In this document: positions 61,053 through 64,000 of the stretch, piece after piece
How positions within the stretch are numbered: the first letter of the stretch is position 1
Layout of the letters: every line of letters starts with the position of its first letter
NCBI GenBank assembly: GCA_964534185.1
Contig: CAZHOH010000001.1
Coordinates: 19,669 to 83,668, forward strand
Direction of reading: 5' to 3'
Source: Candidatus Woesearchaeota archaeon
GTDB lineage: Archaea > Nanobdellota > Nanobdellia > Pacearchaeales > GW2011-AR1
Length of the DNA stretch: 64,000 nucleotides
Notes under the pieces: generated by a model
The model's database searches: none
Told to the model about the DNA's origin: nothing
The model's input: only the letters and a program-made list of their open reading frames with translations
Translations under genes and position numbers: made by a program

Positions 61053-62123
61053 CTACCTCAAAAGTTCCTCGGCTGTAGTTTGTGGCACCAAAAGGTCATT
61101 GGCAACCAGCATATTCTTCAGGGCTAACGGTTCGAGCAAATGATCTGCGGACGAAAAATGACGGTCAAGACGATCACCGGGACGATCAACCGCCAGTTCT
61201 GGAAGCGCAGAAGATATGGCCCAGTAGTTACCCAACCGCGCGGTTCTCGGGGCCTCCTCGTCCGAAACCAAGATCTCATGAACCTTCTCCCCGGGACGGA
61301 TGCCGACGACCCTCGTTTCAATGTCCAGATCTCCGATCAGGGCATCTACCAAGTTCGTTATTCGTGCCGAGGGGGCTACCGGTATTATCGTTTCCCCCGG
61401 CTTGGCATATTCCAGCGCGGCCATGACCGTCCGAACGGCATCGTCCAGCGTAAGCAAGAATCGAGTCATGTCCCGCGTCGTAATCGTTACGGGGCCTCCT
61501 TTGCTTATCTGTTCGTGGAAGAGGGGTATGACTGACCCCCGCGAAGATAATACGTTTCCATACCTTACGCAAACCATTCTGGTATCAACATGAATGTTTG
61601 CACTGATAATGGCCTTCTCTTGAAGGGCCTTGGTCATGCCCATGACATTGACTGGCTTACATGCCTTGTCTGTAGATACCGCTACAACAGTTTCTATGGG
61701 CAATCGAAAGTTCCTGATGGCATCAACTATGTTACATGGTCCCATGACGTTTGTAAGGACGGCTTCCTCAACGAAGTACTCGCAAGACGGTACTTGTTTC
61801 AGGGCCGCGGCGTTTACTACAATGTCTACGTCCTGCAAGGCGTTAGCAATCGACTTAAAATTGCGCACGTCACCGATTCGAAACTCAACAATGCGCTTAA
61901 AGTTGGAATAGATAACCTCATCTGTCGTTACTTTCTTATTGAGGTAAGCCATTCTCATAAAATGCTGCTTTGCCTCGTCCCTCGAAAAAACCACAATTTT
62001 CTCAGGAGTTCCATAACTACCAGACAGCAGGTGTCTAACTAGAACCTTTCCCAGGGATCCTGTTCCTCCGGTTATTAGTATTCTTTTTCCGTGTATAAGT
62101 TGTGGGTTTGTAACTGAATTCAT
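61053..62123 (-). CDS. UDP-GlcNAc 4,6-dehydratase/epimerase of the CapE/WbjB/FnlA/WbvB type
   Basis: KRILITGGTGSLGK. The usual SDR YxxxK is replaced by MxxxK (STDKACKPVNVMGMTK). GAGGAGG ribosome-binding site. Confidence 0.75.
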   Translation of the reverse strand: MNSVTNPQLIHGKRILITGGTGSLGKVLVRHLLSGSYGTPEKIVVFSRDEAKQHFMRMAYLNKKVTTDEVIYSNFKRIVEFRIGDVRNFKSIANALQDVDIVVNAAALKQVPSCEYFVEEAVLTNVMGPCNIVDAIRNFRLPIETVVAVSTDKACKPVNVMGMTKALQEKAIISANIHVDTRMVCVRYGNVLSSRGSVIPLFHEQISKGGPVTITTRDMTRFLLTLDDAVRTVMAALEYAKPGETIIPVAPSARITNLVDALIGDLDIETRVVGIRPGEKVHEILVSDEEAPRTARLGNYWAISSALPELAVDRPGDRLDRHFSSADHLLEPLALKNMLVANDLLVPQTTAEELLR

Positions 62124-62280
62124 GAAGCCTCCTCTACAAATATCCTTATACCGCAGAAATTACATTTGCACCTTACGGACAATTCTGTCTGGCCGCAGTA
62201 GTCGCACGCAGTTATATCGCCATGTACTACCGCTGCGCCACATCCCCGCGCATACGATTAGCGAGACGTCCTCTACCATC

Positions 62281-62973
62281 TCAACCCCTTACCTTGTCAT
62301 GGTCCTTCTTGAGGGCAACAAGCCTCCGGGGGAAGGGCATGTCCAGTTCTTCCTGGTAGCAGTAGGACGTGTCCAGTTCCACCGTGGGAGGGTTGCCGGT
62401 CAGATACTTGTTCAGGTGTGATTCGTCATGCCAGGCGGCAATGATGCCATTTTCCAGATCCTTGTCAATCCACCCTCGAATCTCCCGGGCCATTTGCAGC
62501 CACCTTTCCCTGCGACCGCCATTGAAGCCTCCCGCGTAGTAGTGCTTGCCATGCATACCCGGGGGCATATAGGCGCATGAGCGAGGATTCTTCTCGTAGG
62601 ACTGAGAAAAGAACTCCGGCTGCTTGTCCCAGAAGCCAGGGTGTATAGTAGCGACGAGATCGCCTAGGATCTCCTCTCCCACGTCCCCCTCGAACCTCAT
62701 GTCCGCGTCGCAGTAAAAAACATAGTCCATGTCTTGCAGACATGACTCGTTGTCTGTGAAGGCATGGTACCGAAGAAGCGTCGGGTAGGGCCATGGCCTG
62801 TGCCTATGAGGTACCTTCAGCGTTCCTTTTGGAACCGCATCGGCGTCCGTAAAGACAAACATGTGGGGATCATGGCCTGTTCCTGCCATGAAATGCTTCT
62901 TCGCTGACTCCCACAATGGCTCTACAAACTGGATGTACTTGTTGGTCGCGATGACCAGCAGACCTACGTTCAT
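62281..62973 (-). CDS. family 6 glycosyltransferase (ABO / alpha-1,3-Gal(NAc) transferase-like)
   Basis: Trimmed to ATG 62973 (AGGAGG upstream). LLVIATNKYIQFVEPLWESAKKHFM, FYCDADMRF (DxD), TIHPGF and AAWHDESHLNKYL. These closely parallel my memory of the vertebrate ABO transferase sequence. Confidence 0.8.
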   Translation of the reverse strand: MNVGLLVIATNKYIQFVEPLWESAKKHFMAGTGHDPHMFVFTDADAVPKGTLKVPHRHRPWPYPTLLRYHAFTDNESCLQDMDYVFYCDADMRFEGDVGEEILGDLVATIHPGFWDKQPEFFSQSYEKNPRSCAYMPPGMHGKHYYAGGFNGGRRERWLQMAREIRGWIDKDLENGIIAAWHDESHLNKYLTGNPPTVELDTSYCYQEELDMPFPRRLVALKKDHDKVRG

Positions 62974-62986
62974 GGCTCCTCCTGCT

Positions 62987-63679
62987 TCAATTTCCACGCC
63001 GTAATACTTCGTAGTGTTCGTGCTTCCGAATCTTGGCCCTTTCCTCGATTCGCGCCTGAAATGCCTCTCGCTTTTCCTCTGAGACCATCGCCCAAGCATG
63101 GTCAGCAGTTACTATGGCCCGACCATGATGTCTCGCCGCCTCGTCCACCGCACTTTTTACCCCTTGCCACCTACCTCCATAGTCATCGCCCGCGATCCTA
63201 CACTCGGGCCACGCGGAGATAACTTCCCGGATGTCTCTTTGCGCCTCCTCGTACGAGTGGCATGCGTCGACGTAGGCGAAGTCAGGGACTATCCCCATGG
63301 AAGAGGCCTCATGAATGCCGTCGATGGTGCCCGACCTCACCGGGATGATCCTCTGCCTGTAGGGCCAGCAATTGGCCAGAAACTGTTCGTAGAGCAAGGG
63401 CAACTTATTGATTGCGTCCTTGTCGTTGCTTGATCGTATGGAATCGTCTCCTTGCCAGTGATCAATCGCTATTACCGTTGACCTCACCGCCTTGCTCGCC
63501 AAGAAACGGGTTGATTTGCCTAGCCAGGAACCCAGTTCAACGATTATAGAAACATCTTCCGACAGAACAACGTCCAGCAGAGCTTTGTGGCACCAGCCGA
63601 ACCAGCCGTGGTCGTCAAAAGTCCGTTGAGGCTTACGCTCAGGCCACGCGTATTTCTCTCTAAGCCTATCTAGTGTCAT
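62987..63679 (-). CDS. class I SAM-dependent methyltransferase
   Basis: IVELGSWLGKSTRFLA...VIAIDHW. Confidence 0.6.
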   Translation of the reverse strand: MTLDRLREKYAWPERKPQRTFDDHGWFGWCHKALLDVVLSEDVSIIVELGSWLGKSTRFLASKAVRSTVIAIDHWQGDDSIRSSNDKDAINKLPLLYEQFLANCWPYRQRIIPVRSGTIDGIHEASSMGIVPDFAYVDACHSYEEAQRDIREVISAWPECRIAGDDYGGRWQGVKSAVDEAARHHGRAIVTADHAWAMVSEEKREAFQARIEERAKIRKHEHYEVLRRGN

Positions 63680-64000
63680 TACAGGGTGCTCCGTGCTTTT
63701 TGCATGATCTTTGGAACGGCAATGGCCTGTTCTTGGGAATAAAGACTTCCAATTTTCTGGTCATGAACCCTATGAAAGTAAAGCGGCGGTTCCGGCAAGT
63801 TCGCAAGGTCATGTTTTGCCGCGAGGCGTACCCATAGTTCGTAATCTTCTACATGGCGATGCTCGGGATTCGCAGAATACCCTCCTTCCGACAGTATGAC
63901 GTCCCGATTGTACATGACGCTTCCGTGGGCTATGGCGCAGGTATGTTTTAGTGCCGCCCGAACCTCAATCGGGGAGCAAGGCCAGTTCTCTCTTCTGTCG
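63679..64000 (-). CDS. glycosyltransferase family 2, C-terminal part (N-terminus beyond the window)
   Basis: The reading frame stays open from 63915 to base 64000 (...AIAHGSVMYNRDVIL...). EDYELWVRLA motif. Confidence 0.6.
   Translation of the reverse strand, partial: DRRENWPCSPIEVRAALKHTCAIAHGSVMYNRDVILSEGGYSANPEHRHVEDYELWVRLAAKHDLANLPEPPLYFHRVHDQKIGSLYSQEQAIAVPKIMQKARSTL

Noticed and set aside
1-64000. Prophage boundaries, integrase, transposase or alternative genetic code
   Set aside because: I recognised no integrase, transposase or att-like repeats. Genes are long and uninterrupted in the standard code, so there is no sign of stop-codon reassignment. Whether the element is integrated cannot be judged from this window.

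Overview
This is a gene-dense window of about 80 protein-coding genes, roughly 85% on the minus strand. I found no rRNA, tRNA or CRISPR array. Translation signals are bacterial or phage type: AGGAGG-like Shine-Dalgarno sites and many ATGA/TAATG start-stop overlaps. The gene content looks like a very large phage or other large mobile element rather than a core bacterial chromosome. I cannot exclude a bacterial genomic island, and no virion, terminase or integrase genes lie in this window.

All calls come from motif-level reading of the translations. No searches were run.

Main content:
- (a) 1-12.8 kb: one long minus-strand gene block. It encodes a DHH phosphoesterase, a WGR-PARP, a radical SAM protein, a ParB/DGQHR protein, and a vWA / nicotinamidase / Ser-Thr kinase / PP2C module that resembles a TerY-P triad.
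- (b) A nucleic-acid repair and modification set. It includes a kinase-phosphatase-RNA ligase fusion, a Thg1-like protein, an RlaP-like nucleotidyltransferase, a mini ATP-ligase, NAD-dependent LigA, a YhaM-like HD nuclease, a DEDDh exonuclease, and two C5 cytosine methyltransferases. One methyltransferase is split by a LAGLIDADG intein at its catalytic Pro-Cys motif.
- (c) A sigma-70 family factor, peptide deformylase, an AAA+ ATPase, a receiver domain and an FCP1/NIF-like phosphatase.
- (d) 47.8-64 kb: a glycan-biosynthesis block. About 13 kb of it is visibly AT-richer. It includes an ABO-type GT6 transferase, a sulfotransferase and a likely UDP-2-acetamido-2,6-dideoxy-L-hexose pathway.

Unexplained DNA-level signals:
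- A conserved cassette of about 140-165 bp (5' UTR plus a leader of about 31 codons, containing a 26-nt perfect palindrome) heads three different glycosyltransferase-like genes.
- The palindrome CCCCCGGGGG occurs at least 17 times.
- Direct repeats of about 74 bp bracket the exonuclease gene.
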